Source of the DNA: Saprospiraceae bacterium
GTDB taxonomy: Bacteria > Bacteroidota > Bacteroidia > Chitinophagales > Saprospiraceae
DNA length: 64,000 nt
NCBI GenBank assembly: GCA_016722295.1
Contig: JADKGL010000029.1
Span: 147,040-211,039 of the forward strand
Direction: 5' to 3'
The notes under the pieces were generated by a model. It saw only the letters and a program-made list of their open reading frames with translations, made no database searches and was not told the origin of the DNA. Shown one piece after another: positions 29,865-39,666 of this stretch. Position 1 is the stretch's first letter. Each line of letters starts with the position of its first letter. The translations under genes were made by a program, and so were the position numbers.

Positions 29865-31145
29865 TTAATCCACTTTTTTAAGGTATTCCTTTATAAAATC
29901 TTGATACTTTGAATTTTCAGAATATTCTGCATTATCATTAGTTATAAATTTTCTTGTTAGAATAGGGTGTCTAAAACTCTTTTTAAAAATTTTTAATTTT
30001 TTTTCCATGTCAGTTTTGAGATTTGTATAGTACATATGTCTATCTTCATCTTTTACAAAGATTGGTATTCCATTAAAAAGATTAAAATATTTATTATAAA
30101 TAAATAAATATAATGAACAAATAAATTCTTCCTTTACATGATCTGCTAATGTGAAACTTGATCTTTTAATTGCATCATCACTATTTTTATAATATGCCTC
30201 CAAGTAGAACCACAAATTAGTTAGCAATTCTGATCTTTTTTTTGTGTCCCTCCCTGTTATAAATAGAAAATCATTATCAATTAGGAATTTATCAATTGCC
30301 TCATCAATTATTATCTTATTTTTCTTGTATTGTATGTAAAGTGAATCAATTAAATTGTTTTTGTCAAAATCTATATTCTCTTTATTTTGTATGGAAGAAG
30401 CATTAGACAATTTATAAGCGAAATCAATTATGTATTGATTTTCGGTAAATCTTCCTAAAGTATTTATTGCTACTTGAACTTTATCTCGAGCTAAATTAAT
30501 AGTATTTGAATGGTTGTTATTCATTTCCACAATAGCGAATATAGTCTTATCTGATATTATAGGATTGCCATATTTGTATTTATCATAATCTTCATTAAAC
30601 CAATTTTTGTTAATATAATCTGGTAAAGTTGAAGTAAATTTTACGTCAAAAAAATCAATGTCTAAATTATTTTTTAACTTACTGTGTGGTTGAATGAAAA
30701 ATGTAGCTGTTTGCTTTGATTTAAAATAGCAATAAATTAGTTCAACTTCTTTAATTTGATCAACTAATTGTCTATTCTTGAAATACTGATCAAGGTCGTC
30801 ATATTTATCCTTTAAATGTCTTATTTGTTCCTTATGCTTTTTGGAACTATTACAAATATTTTTTACAATATTATTTATATCAATTGAACTGGCTCCAGTC
30901 AAATAAAATTCCACAGCTATAAGTTTTGTATGAAATAAAATACAATCTATAATACTGTGATTATTGGAAATACTGTCTAATTCTTCATGGCTTATGATGT
31001 GATTGATAATTTTTTGCAGACATTTGCTGAAATAGGTTTCTTCTAATTGGTTCAAAAGCTCTTCTAAGGGAAAAATATATTCTTCAAAGTTAGGAGTGTT
31101 TTTATTTTCGTCCAATAAATTTATATAACTTTTTAGTTTAGACAA
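29865..31145 (-). CDS. hypothetical protein (426 aa from a TTG; probably about 520 aa with an upstream frameshifted segment)
   Basis: Long ORF in very AT-rich DNA with no motif I can assign. The only start candidate is TTG at 31145. The frame is open upstream to 31355, and an ATG-initiated ORF (31426..31271) lies in the adjacent frame. Confidence 0.6.
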   Translation of the reverse strand: MSKLKSYINLLDENKNTPNFEEYIFPLEELLNQLEETYFSKCLQKIINHIISHEELDSISNNHSIIDCILFHTKLIAVEFYLTGASSIDINNIVKNICNSSKKHKEQIRHLKDKYDDLDQYFKNRQLVDQIKEVELIYCYFKSKQTATFFIQPHSKLKNNLDIDFFDVKFTSTLPDYINKNWFNEDYDKYKYGNPIISDKTIFAIVEMNNNHSNTINLARDKVQVAINTLGRFTENQYIIDFAYKLSNASSIQNKENIDFDKNNLIDSLYIQYKKNKIIIDEAIDKFLIDNDFLFITGRDTKKRSELLTNLWFYLEAYYKNSDDAIKRSSFTLADHVKEEFICSLYLFIYNKYFNLFNGIPIFVKDEDRHMYYTNLKTDMEKKLKIFKKSFRHPILTRKFITNDNAEYSENSKYQDFIKEYLKKVD

Positions 31146-31467
31146 ACATTCAGAATTATAATCAAATATTCTATAATGATTATTTTCTTTTCCTAGTATA
31201 TTTAAGTAAAAGCAAATGTTTCTTTTAGCATATTTTGGATTGTTAAATTTAACTTGATAATAAATACTTTTTATAACTGTCTTATGATTTTCACATGGAA
31301 AGTCGTAATGTTTGTTTGTAAAATTAAAAGCAATGGAAAGGCAATCAAAAAATATTTAACTTTTGCTTCAATTTTTTTGTCAGGATATGTTATCGCAGAA
31401 AAGAAATCATAATTTTGTTTATGCATTTTGTCAATTACTTATTTGTTATTAATTAGCAAACTCAGTT

Positions 31468-32322
31468 TCAATAAGATTCTTTCAATATTCTGGCTTCCCT
31501 TAAAAAACCATCTTTTTTCAGAAAATCAATAATTATATTTCTTATTTCATCGTCATAATTTTTGCTTAATATATATCTAAAAGTAGCGTTGCGGTAGAAC
31601 TTGATTCTACTTTGCTTATTAGCAGTTTCTAAAAATAACTTAACTTCATTTGGATTCTCTGAATAATTGAATTCTTGAATTGTACTATTTTCTTTACATA
31701 TTATTCCGATTCCATCCATAGTTTTGATTGTTATTGATGAATCTCTTTTTTTTCTTATTTGATTAACGCGTTCCACTAATTGTTCTAATTTAATAGATTT
31801 AAACTCATTTTGAAGAAGTTCAATAGTATTTTCTCGATCTTGTTTATATAAATCATCAGAATACCTCTCCTGTTTTCTGTTTTCAAAATCTTTGTCACTT
31901 TTGTAGATGTCTGCCAATAATACAGAGCTTTCAGCTGTTATTACCATTGATAGAAATTCATCTATATTTTCCGCCACTATATTTACTGGTGGATCATATG
32001 AGGTAGCAACACTAACAATATAAGCATTATCAAGATTTGTTACATTATTAAAATCTGTTAAAAACCCAAAGTGGATACCATTACTGCCTGTTCTTGCAAA
32101 TGGAATAACGTCCAATGGAGTAACGCTATAATGCACATCATAAGCAATTCCGAATTCTAAATCATACCAGTCAACAATTTTCTTATCTTGTAATTCTTTA
32201 AGCTTAATTAATGTCTTTGGTTTTTTGAAATGGCCAAAGTATTTGTCAGTCCGATTATTACAACTTATAAACGAAAATATCGAAGTAAAAATTATTGTTT
32301 TAATTTTTTCTAATGTACTCAT
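31468..32322 (-). CDS. hypothetical lipoprotein
   Basis: 284 aa. Signal plus lipobox IIFTSIFSFISC. The N-terminal half has VIPFARTGSNGIHFGFL ... ENIDEFLSMV, loosely reminiscent of SUKH/SMI1-KNR4 immunity-type domains (weak, by eye). Confidence 0.6.
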   Translation of the reverse strand: MSTLEKIKTIIFTSIFSFISCNNRTDKYFGHFKKPKTLIKLKELQDKKIVDWYDLEFGIAYDVHYSVTPLDVIPFARTGSNGIHFGFLTDFNNVTNLDNAYIVSVATSYDPPVNIVAENIDEFLSMVITAESSVLLADIYKSDKDFENRKQERYSDDLYKQDRENTIELLQNEFKSIKLEQLVERVNQIRKKRDSSITIKTMDGIGIICKENSTIQEFNYSENPNEVKLFLETANKQSRIKFYRNATFRYILSKNYDDEIRNIIIDFLKKDGFLREARILKESY

Positions 32323-32650
32323 AACTTATTACCTTGAAACATTCATTTTTTTGGCTAATAACTTTTATAAATAATGTTTTGAATGCATCATTGCGTATAT
32401 CAAAAAAATTTCTACAATGATAGATAAGAAAATTGAAGTTTACCTTTATTTTCTAAAAATATTATTATTCATAGTAAAATTTACAGGTTTAACCTGACAT
32501 AGTTGATATGAAACATCATTAATTTAGAATATGAACGCAAAAGTTTACACATCAGTTTGTTCTTATATCTTCTCTCAATTTTTGATTTTTTAGCTTCTCT
32601 ATTACCTAGAAATTAAGGATTCTGAAATTGGGCAAAAGCCTGTTGTCCAA

Positions 32651-32675
32651 TTGGTCCAACAATCCGTTGGACCAA
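32651..32675 (-). terminator. 10-bp hairpin just downstream of tspO
   Basis: ttggtccaac (32651-32660), aatcc loop, gttggaccaa (32666-32675); 10 nt after the tspO stop. No clean U-tract follows, hence the low confidence. Confidence 0.35.
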
Positions 32676-32684
32676 TAAAGACCC

Positions 32685-33143
32685 CTAATTCCTCAACCAA
32701 ATAAAAGCATTCAAAGAACTAGCTATGAGCATCCAAACGAAATATGGAAGAAGTAAAGTTGATTTAAAGCGTAACTGTCCAAAATACTTGAATAAGAAAT
32801 ATCCAATCAGTAAGGTCAATGAAATAATAATGATCAAGGCAAAGCTAGTCTGATGCAATGTGAAAAATACAGGATTCCAAACGACATTGAGTATCCATTG
32901 GAAGGCATACATGATGATCAATGTTTTTTTGTCCTCGATCTCATTCCATAAATATGCCATATAGAATGAAAAGCAAATCATAATGAATGTCCAAGCAAAA
33001 CCAAAAACCCATCCTGGTGGAGTCCAAGGCGCTTTATTCAATGCGTTATACCAATCTGATGTTACACCAGATGAAGTGGATAATCCACCTATTGCAAGAG
33101 CAGCGAAGTTTAAGATTAGGAATATTATGGTTTTTGATATCAT
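32685..33143 (-). CDS. tspO: TspO/MBR tryptophan-rich sensory protein
   Basis: 152 aa, five TM helices. WYNALNKAPWTPPGWVFGFAWTFIM signature. Confidence 0.85.
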   Translation of the reverse strand: MISKTIIFLILNFAALAIGGLSTSSGVTSDWYNALNKAPWTPPGWVFGFAWTFIMICFSFYMAYLWNEIEDKKTLIIMYAFQWILNVVWNPVFFTLHQTSFALIIIISLTLLIGYFLFKYFGQLRFKSTLLLPYFVWMLIASSLNAFIWLRN

Positions 33144-33288
33144 ATTGGATTTAATATTTGATTGTAAATGTAAGAAGAATAATTATCCTGAGAGTAGATC
33201 TAATTAAAACCTTTTAGTACATATTTAAACTATTCGTGCCATTTTTCCGATACAATAGAAATATTATTTTGTCAACAAATCCCATTAA

Positions 33289-35496
33289 CTACAACTTACT
33301 TTTAGTGAACGGAATAGTAAAATGTCCTGATTCACTTTTGATTTGAATCCAGTATTGTCCTGGTAGAAGTAATTCGATATTCCAATTCAGATTTATGTCA
33401 CTTCCTTCGATAAATTTTGTTGATAATATAGTTCCATTGGCATCTATGATTTGTAATGTTAGCTTTTGAGCTTGTTGAAATTTAAGCATTAAACTAATAT
33501 GATCTGAGCTAGGGTTTGGATGTATTTGAAATGAAGTGAGACCTTCTATTGTGCTTATTGTTGTGCTCACATTGATTGTAGTACAATGTACGCGTTGGCA
33601 ATCATTACAATCACTGATCGTCACACAATATTTTCCAACAGCAAGATTGTTTATTTGATTATTTGTAGATCCATTGTTCCATTGGTAAGTATAGGGAGTG
33701 CAACTGCCTGTTGGAGTTATAGAAATGGAACCATTTGACTTTCCGGGATCTGTGTTTTTTACGATGGTCTTCACGGCAAATGCAGCAGTATCGAACAGGA
33801 GTGATGTGGATACACCATTACTTAAATTATAATAACTTCCACTTCCACTCGTTTTCAATGCAGTACTGCGCACTAGATAATGAATTAAACCTTTTTGAAC
33901 ACAGACATCCATGAAACTTGTGTCTGAAATTGCTTGAGTATTGAGTAATTGATATGTGCTATCTGAAGCATATTTTGTGTAAATATAAAATCCTGAAGCA
34001 GATTTTGGTCCACGCCAAGTAAGTCGAACGCTAAGCCCTTCCTTAGTAGCAAGTAAATTCTGGACTGGATCAAGTACAGGCATACAGATGGTAGGGTCAC
34101 CCATCAATGCTGTGGATGCATATCCGCCATAGAATCGTGGGGCATAGAGACCTCTGTTGTTCATTGCGAGTTGTGCGGCATATCCTATCGGTTCACCAAG
34201 TGCCATATGATGAAACAACCAATTTGGTCTGTTGCCATAAGTGCTATTTAAGCAAGTCCTTGATGCAATAGCAGCGCGTAGAAAATTATTTGGATAATCC
34301 CAATCACCAAAATACGAACCAAACAACATAGTGAAAAGAGTCTGAAGAGAATCGGACGTAAAATTTGTAGTATTGGTAATATCTGAAGCACTTTCTGGGC
34401 CTCCACCACCACAGCCATAAGACCAAAGGTAAGACTGATTCGATAGGGTTTGACGATAGGGTAGTTCCTTTACATTATTTATTCCAAACATTACTGCAAA
34501 ATTCTTCCACCCCGATTGCCCCAAAGCTTCCAAGTCTAATGGAAAATTATTGTCAATGAGTCCTCTTTCTTCCATCTTTATTTTTCCAATTCGCCAAGCA
34601 TGATTTTTGTCAAGATATCGCTTGAGAAGTTGTTCCTCAGATTCTGGAAATTTATTCATATTGCTGAAATCAACTCTGCCGATTAAGAAATGAACTTTCG
34701 AGGGAATCACATTATTGTCAAATTTGCCATCACCTGGGATATTGTCATTTCTTGAACTTGCTGCAGTTTTATTATTGACAGTTTGATCCGTCCATAGGCC
34801 ATCAATCGTGCCATAGTAGCCATCACAAGGCCATGCACCGCGATGATCGCTATGATGTCCATCTGTGGCTATGTCGCCACTGTAGGGTACAGGAACTCTC
34901 CCTAAGATAAATAATGCTTTTTGCCGATCAGAAATATTTTGTAACCAATTCAATATTTTATTTTTTACTTGGGGCACGGCATCAGTTCTCTCAACTGAAA
35001 TCGTATCGACAGTCCAGCCATCCCCTTGCAAATCATCCATCAGACGAGTTATCTCAAATGAAAGTGTTTTAACTATGCTGCGTTCAATTAATACTAAACA
35101 AGTACCTCGATGATGTGTAGGAGGCACTTTTTTACCTGAGTAGATATATCCAGACCCAAAGTTGCGAGTGCCATCTCCATAAGGAAATGCAGGAAGACTT
35201 TTGAGGATTTGATATTCATATCCGATTCCAGACTGAACCGATGTATCTATCCAAGAGGTAGAGTAGGGTGGTAAATAAATGAGACTATCACCCCAAGTCT
35301 CTTCGTTAATTGATTTTCTCCAAATGGTATATCCACCATTTGCAGTGTCAAGCTTCCAGCTCAATTTTATTTGTGTTGGACTATCTTGCACTGTCGCATT
35401 CATTATTACAGACTGTCTAGCGTCATTTAAATCTTGCGCCACCAATATTGAATCAAGAAAACAAAAAACGAGGAAACAGAGACCAATTAATTTCAT
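33289..35496 (-). CDS. large secreted protein with FN3-like modules, SprB-type repeat and T9SS C-terminal sorting domain
   Basis: 735 aa. Signal peptide; Cys-rich SprB-like repeat (GSISITPTGSCTPYTYQWNNGST..CVTISDCNDC); C-terminal FQIHPNPSSDHISLMLKF...WIQIKSESGHFTIPFTKS T9SS-type tail. Central domain unassigned. Confidence 0.8.
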   Translation of the reverse strand: MKLIGLCFLVFCFLDSILVAQDLNDARQSVIMNATVQDSPTQIKLSWKLDTANGGYTIWRKSINEETWGDSLIYLPPYSTSWIDTSVQSGIGYEYQILKSLPAFPYGDGTRNFGSGYIYSGKKVPPTHHRGTCLVLIERSIVKTLSFEITRLMDDLQGDGWTVDTISVERTDAVPQVKNKILNWLQNISDRQKALFILGRVPVPYSGDIATDGHHSDHRGAWPCDGYYGTIDGLWTDQTVNNKTAASSRNDNIPGDGKFDNNVIPSKVHFLIGRVDFSNMNKFPESEEQLLKRYLDKNHAWRIGKIKMEERGLIDNNFPLDLEALGQSGWKNFAVMFGINNVKELPYRQTLSNQSYLWSYGCGGGGPESASDITNTTNFTSDSLQTLFTMLFGSYFGDWDYPNNFLRAAIASRTCLNSTYGNRPNWLFHHMALGEPIGYAAQLAMNNRGLYAPRFYGGYASTALMGDPTICMPVLDPVQNLLATKEGLSVRLTWRGPKSASGFYIYTKYASDSTYQLLNTQAISDTSFMDVCVQKGLIHYLVRSTALKTSGSGSYYNLSNGVSTSLLFDTAAFAVKTIVKNTDPGKSNGSISITPTGSCTPYTYQWNNGSTNNQINNLAVGKYCVTISDCNDCQRVHCTTINVSTTISTIEGLTSFQIHPNPSSDHISLMLKFQQAQKLTLQIIDANGTILSTKFIEGSDINLNWNIELLLPGQYWIQIKSESGHFTIPFTKSKL

Positions 35497-35619
35497 TCTA
35501 CAATGTTAAGGCTAATTTTTGAAAAGATTTGCTTTGACAGATATTTTTTTAAAAAAATTATGTTGGATTACCAATTTTTGAATGTTTAATAAGTCATCTG
35601 ACAAAATTATAACAATTAC

Positions 35620-37947
35620 CTATCGTCTTCCATCAAAATAGACTTTAAAATTATCACAATTGGAAACTAAATCATCTAAATACTTGGGATATTTAAGTTT
35701 CAATTCGTAATAAAATGGATTTTGAATCTTAAGCAAATCATAATCATAATCCACATCTTTTTCGATATATTTGTAACTCATTTTGTTTTGCTCACAACGA
35801 ATCAACATTCGCAAACACAATGCTTTAAACTTATCTGTTTTTGCATATTTTTTGGCTAATAAATAATACTTTTTTGCTAAATTCGATTGCCGAAATTCTG
35901 CCTCGTCTTCAAAGTCTGAAAGATAAAAATCTGACCAGCTGTTAAATCTTCTCATCATCGATATATTTCCTTCTGGTCCCATATTATAATAAGCATTTGC
36001 TGCTAAAAAATAGTAATAATCTCTGTCTTTTTCCCTATTGTCTTCTGCTTTGTGAAGGAAGTTGATAAGTTGTTTAGTAATCGTGTATTTGTTAAGAAGA
36101 AAAGTATCCTTTGGAAAAATAAATTTTGGCGTGTACTTAAAATTATAAAAAGGATTCTCATTAAAAATGTTGTTATTTTCACTCCATGCTGTGTAATTTT
36201 GATCCCAATACTGATATTCTATTTTGTTAAAAGCTGATGCAGCATTTTCTAATTTATTTTGTCGGATATATTTTGTACCAAGTAAATCATACAATCTGGG
36301 AACTTCTGATTGTATGTTTTGATATTTGAATATTTCAAATCTGCTTGTATTTGTTTTGCTCCTTTGAATATCATTTATTAATCGTTGTATTTGTTCGGGT
36401 GTATAAACTACATCAATATACTCAAAATAATTTTCAAAATATTCAGTATATGAATGCTTTCTGCTCTTTGTGGTCTTCCAAAACAATGGTGGCTTTTCTT
36501 CCCAAGAATTATCTAATTTTGAAAAAAAAATTGCAGCATCTGTATTGTTTTCTAAATATTCTAACTCTTTTCCTATCGCAAAAATAAATTGTCCATTTTT
36601 TTGATTTGCTAATATCGTTGATTGAACTTCTTTAGGTATTATAGCGCTTCCTTTTTTTTGACGAGCTATAAGCGATAATGTTTTGAATATTTGTAACTGG
36701 TTAATAATTGTTGTGTCTGGAGTTAATTTTTCTAATTGGTTGATGGTTATTAGACAAGCATTATAATTTTTTTTGATGAATAGTAAGTGGGATTTGCAGC
36801 ATTTCCATAAAAATGGATTTTCTACTTTATTGATATTGACAGAATTAATGAATTGTAAAACTTCATTAGCATACATTCTGTCTTTCTCTGAACGAATAAG
36901 CACTTGACGAGTGGAAGTATGGCCATTATTTTCCCAATAATCATAAGAAATTGAAGGTTGAAATAAAGTGTAATATGGGGTAAATACAAAATCTTCAATT
37001 TTATTGATTTCACGCAACAATAAAAAAGAAAGACCGTCAGATGAAGGATTAAGTACATACATTTTTTGGAGACAAGCTATTGCTTTGTCAGGTTTTTCTA
37101 TGCCATAGAACAGATAAACATTTGACTTTTCAATTTTTGTCTTTGCAAACTTTAGTGTTTGCTCCAATGGAACATTGGATCTATAGTTTTGATGACATAC
37201 AAAACGCTTGTCAATGGCATTTGCAAAAATTTGTGCTAAATCAAAATTAGCTCTTGCTTTGTTAGTTTCAGCAAATGTTTTGAAGTATAAGCTCCAATAA
37301 TAGAGAATGTCTTTGTTTGGTTTTTTCTCGAATACAGTAGCAAACAGCGATTGAATTTTATCATATTGTTTGTTGTACCAAGCTAATCGGATGGCTATAA
37401 ATGTGTAACGTTCTTTAAGGTTTTCATTTTTGACTTTATTCGCTAATGTAATTGCCCTATTAATTAATTCTTCTCGTTTAGGCATTTGCAGAAATGAGTT
37501 TCGTTCCCATGGGTCTTCTCGCCATGAATTAAAAAATTCACAATTTTTTGCAAAGCGTAGATAATTTAATGCATCACTATCATGGTGATGATATAAGTAT
37601 TTTATCATTTGGTTCTCAGAGTACGTATCAATTTCAGCTTCTCTCAATTTATAAATTGCTATATCAATTGAAGGAATATCTACTTTTTTATTACAATATT
37701 CAAACCAAAATTTGGTATTTTGCTCAACAAATTCTTTAGGGGAACTACCTTCATTAGGTGTAAACAAATCTGCAGAATAATAAAAATTTGAATATGTGCT
37801 ATACCCAAAAACCTCAGGATTAAAAAGAGAAATACGCGTAGCCTCACCATATGGATAATAACCACAGGCACATAAAAGTTTATTTAGTAAAATCAGTATA
37901 AAAAGTAGTAAGTTCTTCATTTGTAAATTTATTAAATTGATCTTCAT
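35620..37947 (-). CDS. large hypothetical lipoprotein
   Basis: 775 aa. The alternative ATG at 37920 gives MKNLLLFILILLNKLLCAC (lipobox). Helical, repeat-like composition; no family recognised. Confidence 0.65.
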   Translation of the reverse strand: MKINLINLQMKNLLLFILILLNKLLCACGYYPYGEATRISLFNPEVFGYSTYSNFYYSADLFTPNEGSSPKEFVEQNTKFWFEYCNKKVDIPSIDIAIYKLREAEIDTYSENQMIKYLYHHHDSDALNYLRFAKNCEFFNSWREDPWERNSFLQMPKREELINRAITLANKVKNENLKERYTFIAIRLAWYNKQYDKIQSLFATVFEKKPNKDILYYWSLYFKTFAETNKARANFDLAQIFANAIDKRFVCHQNYRSNVPLEQTLKFAKTKIEKSNVYLFYGIEKPDKAIACLQKMYVLNPSSDGLSFLLLREINKIEDFVFTPYYTLFQPSISYDYWENNGHTSTRQVLIRSEKDRMYANEVLQFINSVNINKVENPFLWKCCKSHLLFIKKNYNACLITINQLEKLTPDTTIINQLQIFKTLSLIARQKKGSAIIPKEVQSTILANQKNGQFIFAIGKELEYLENNTDAAIFFSKLDNSWEEKPPLFWKTTKSRKHSYTEYFENYFEYIDVVYTPEQIQRLINDIQRSKTNTSRFEIFKYQNIQSEVPRLYDLLGTKYIRQNKLENAASAFNKIEYQYWDQNYTAWSENNNIFNENPFYNFKYTPKFIFPKDTFLLNKYTITKQLINFLHKAEDNREKDRDYYYFLAANAYYNMGPEGNISMMRRFNSWSDFYLSDFEDEAEFRQSNLAKKYYLLAKKYAKTDKFKALCLRMLIRCEQNKMSYKYIEKDVDYDYDLLKIQNPFYYELKLKYPKYLDDLVSNCDNFKVYFDGRR

Positions 37948-38908
37948 CTAAATGGAATAAGGTTACTGTTGTGTTTTTGTTAAAGTGAATATATTTTTTT
38001 AGCAAAACAATAGCTTCTTTAATTTTAGCTGCATCAATATTTTCATATTTGATTTTGTCACCAATTCTCAAATAAGTATCATCAATTACCTTATCTTGTG
38101 TAACGCTGTACCACAATGGTTTTTCCTCTTTTATTATTGGCATAAGTTGTTTATTGTCAGTATATAAAATTGCAGAAAAAATCTCGTTATGATACACTTG
38201 AGCCCATGAATATATTGGTAGAGCTATATCAACATGTTTTGGATATGGCTGCACATTTATCAGATAGCTTTTCAATTCTTCTAAATCGAGAATTGAGTTT
38301 TTGCTAAGATTTTCTAATGGATTCAATAAATTGTAACACATTAGCATTACTTTATCCACTGGAGGAACGCCCATATTGTCTGTATATTTATAAGGATATA
38401 ACCTTAATGTAGCGCTGATTTCTTTGTCAGATATAGACTTTAGTTTTTGTAGAAAATAAAAATAATTTTCTTTCGATTTTAATGTCCAATCGCAATCCAT
38501 TTGAATTTCATTTATTGAAAAGTTTTTAAACTCTGCTTTTTGATATTTATTAATTAAAAAATTAATGTTGTCCGCTAATGCGTCCAAATCTTTTTTTGAC
38601 GATTTTAGGAAATTTACATTTCGCAATTAAACAGTAGGAATAATTGAAGTAATCTTCAAATCGTCTAGTCGCCATGAGCTTAACCTTGTTTTAGAAATTG
38701 GAAAGCTTCCAATTTCATCATTGTAATCTACTTCAAAAAATTTCACATAGAGCTTTTGAATCTTTAGACTATCACAAACTTGCATTTCTTTGTCTGACAA
38801 ATTCCAATCCTTGCTTCTCCAAAAATAAAATGCGCGTTCTACATTGTCAATTTTATTTTTACATGAAGAAAAAGAAACTAAAATGATTAATATCAAGAAT
38901 TTTTTCAT
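37880..38908 (-). pseudogene. hypothetical lipoprotein gene interrupted by one in-frame TAA (track ORFs 38627..38908 and 37880..38626)
   Basis: The two ORFs are contiguous and in the same frame: ..ATT CCT ACT GTT TAA TTG CGA AAT.. (IPTV*LRN). The first has a lipoprotein signal (LILIILVSFSSC). The second only starts at the TTG right after the stop. Confidence 0.6.
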
Positions 38909-39021
38909 AACAATAGCCTATTTTTGTTCCATAAGAATTAATATAAATCCTTAATAAGTAATATATATTTCAAAAGTATTCATAATTCCCTTTGGAATTG
39001 ACAAAATTTGAATTGAACTAT

Positions 39022-39306
39022 TTACAAAGAAATAGGATTCACCTTTACCTGTCCACCAATTGCTTTTAATACTTTCATTATTGTTGAAAATTGTGGTTTA
39101 GCTCCATCAGATAAGGCTTTATATAAACTAGGTCTACTCAATCCAGATTTTTCAGCAATTTGTGACATTCCCATAGCTTTAGCAACATTTCCTATTGCAA
39201 TGATTAAATCGTTTTCATTTCCTTGTTCTAATACTTCGTTTAAATATTCAGCAATCATTTCATTGCTATCTAAGTAATCTGTTATGTCAAACTTTGTAAT
39301 TTCCAT
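39022..39306 (-). CDS. addiction-module antidote protein (HTH antitoxin partner of the COG3657-type toxin)
   Basis: 94 aa. N-terminal DITDYLDSNEMIAEYLNEVLE and the HTH MSQIAEKSGLSRPSLYKALS, typical of this antitoxin family. 3-nt gap to the toxin gene. Confidence 0.85.
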   Translation of the reverse strand: MEITKFDITDYLDSNEMIAEYLNEVLEQGNENDLIIAIGNVAKAMGMSQIAEKSGLSRPSLYKALSDGAKPQFSTIMKVLKAIGGQVKVNPISL

Positions 39307-39309
39307 TTT

Positions 39310-39609
39310 TTATATTTTTAACGAATTCCAAATTTCTTTAGCTCTTGCTATGTTTCTTTTTTGCGTTGATTTATCTCCACCTATTAGTAAAACTATAATC
39401 TTACCGTCCATTTGTTTAAAATAAACACGATAACCTTTTGCATAGTCTATTTTTAGTTCTCTAATTCCACCGCCAACAGATTCGCAGTCACCAAAATGTT
39501 CTACTTGTTCTAATTTTTGAATCCGCATTAAAATCTTAGCTTTAGCTCGAAAATCTTTCAATTTTCTGAGCCATTTGTCAAATTCTGATGTCTTTTCAAT
39601 CAAATACAT
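39310..39609 (-). CDS. RelE/ParE-superfamily toxin (putative addiction-module killer protein)
   Basis: The track ORF starts at TTG 39636. ATG at 39609 gives the 99-aa MYLIEKTSEFDKWLRKLKD...GGGIRELKIDYAKGYRVYF..GGDKSTQ, the classic killer-protein pattern. Confidence 0.85.
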   Translation of the reverse strand: MYLIEKTSEFDKWLRKLKDFRAKAKILMRIQKLEQVEHFGDCESVGGGIRELKIDYAKGYRVYFKQMDGKIIVLLIGGDKSTQKRNIARAKEIWNSLKI

Positions 39610-39666
39610 TTTATGACTGTATTCATTCGGATACAAATTTATCGAAATTTTATTAATTTTGAATTA

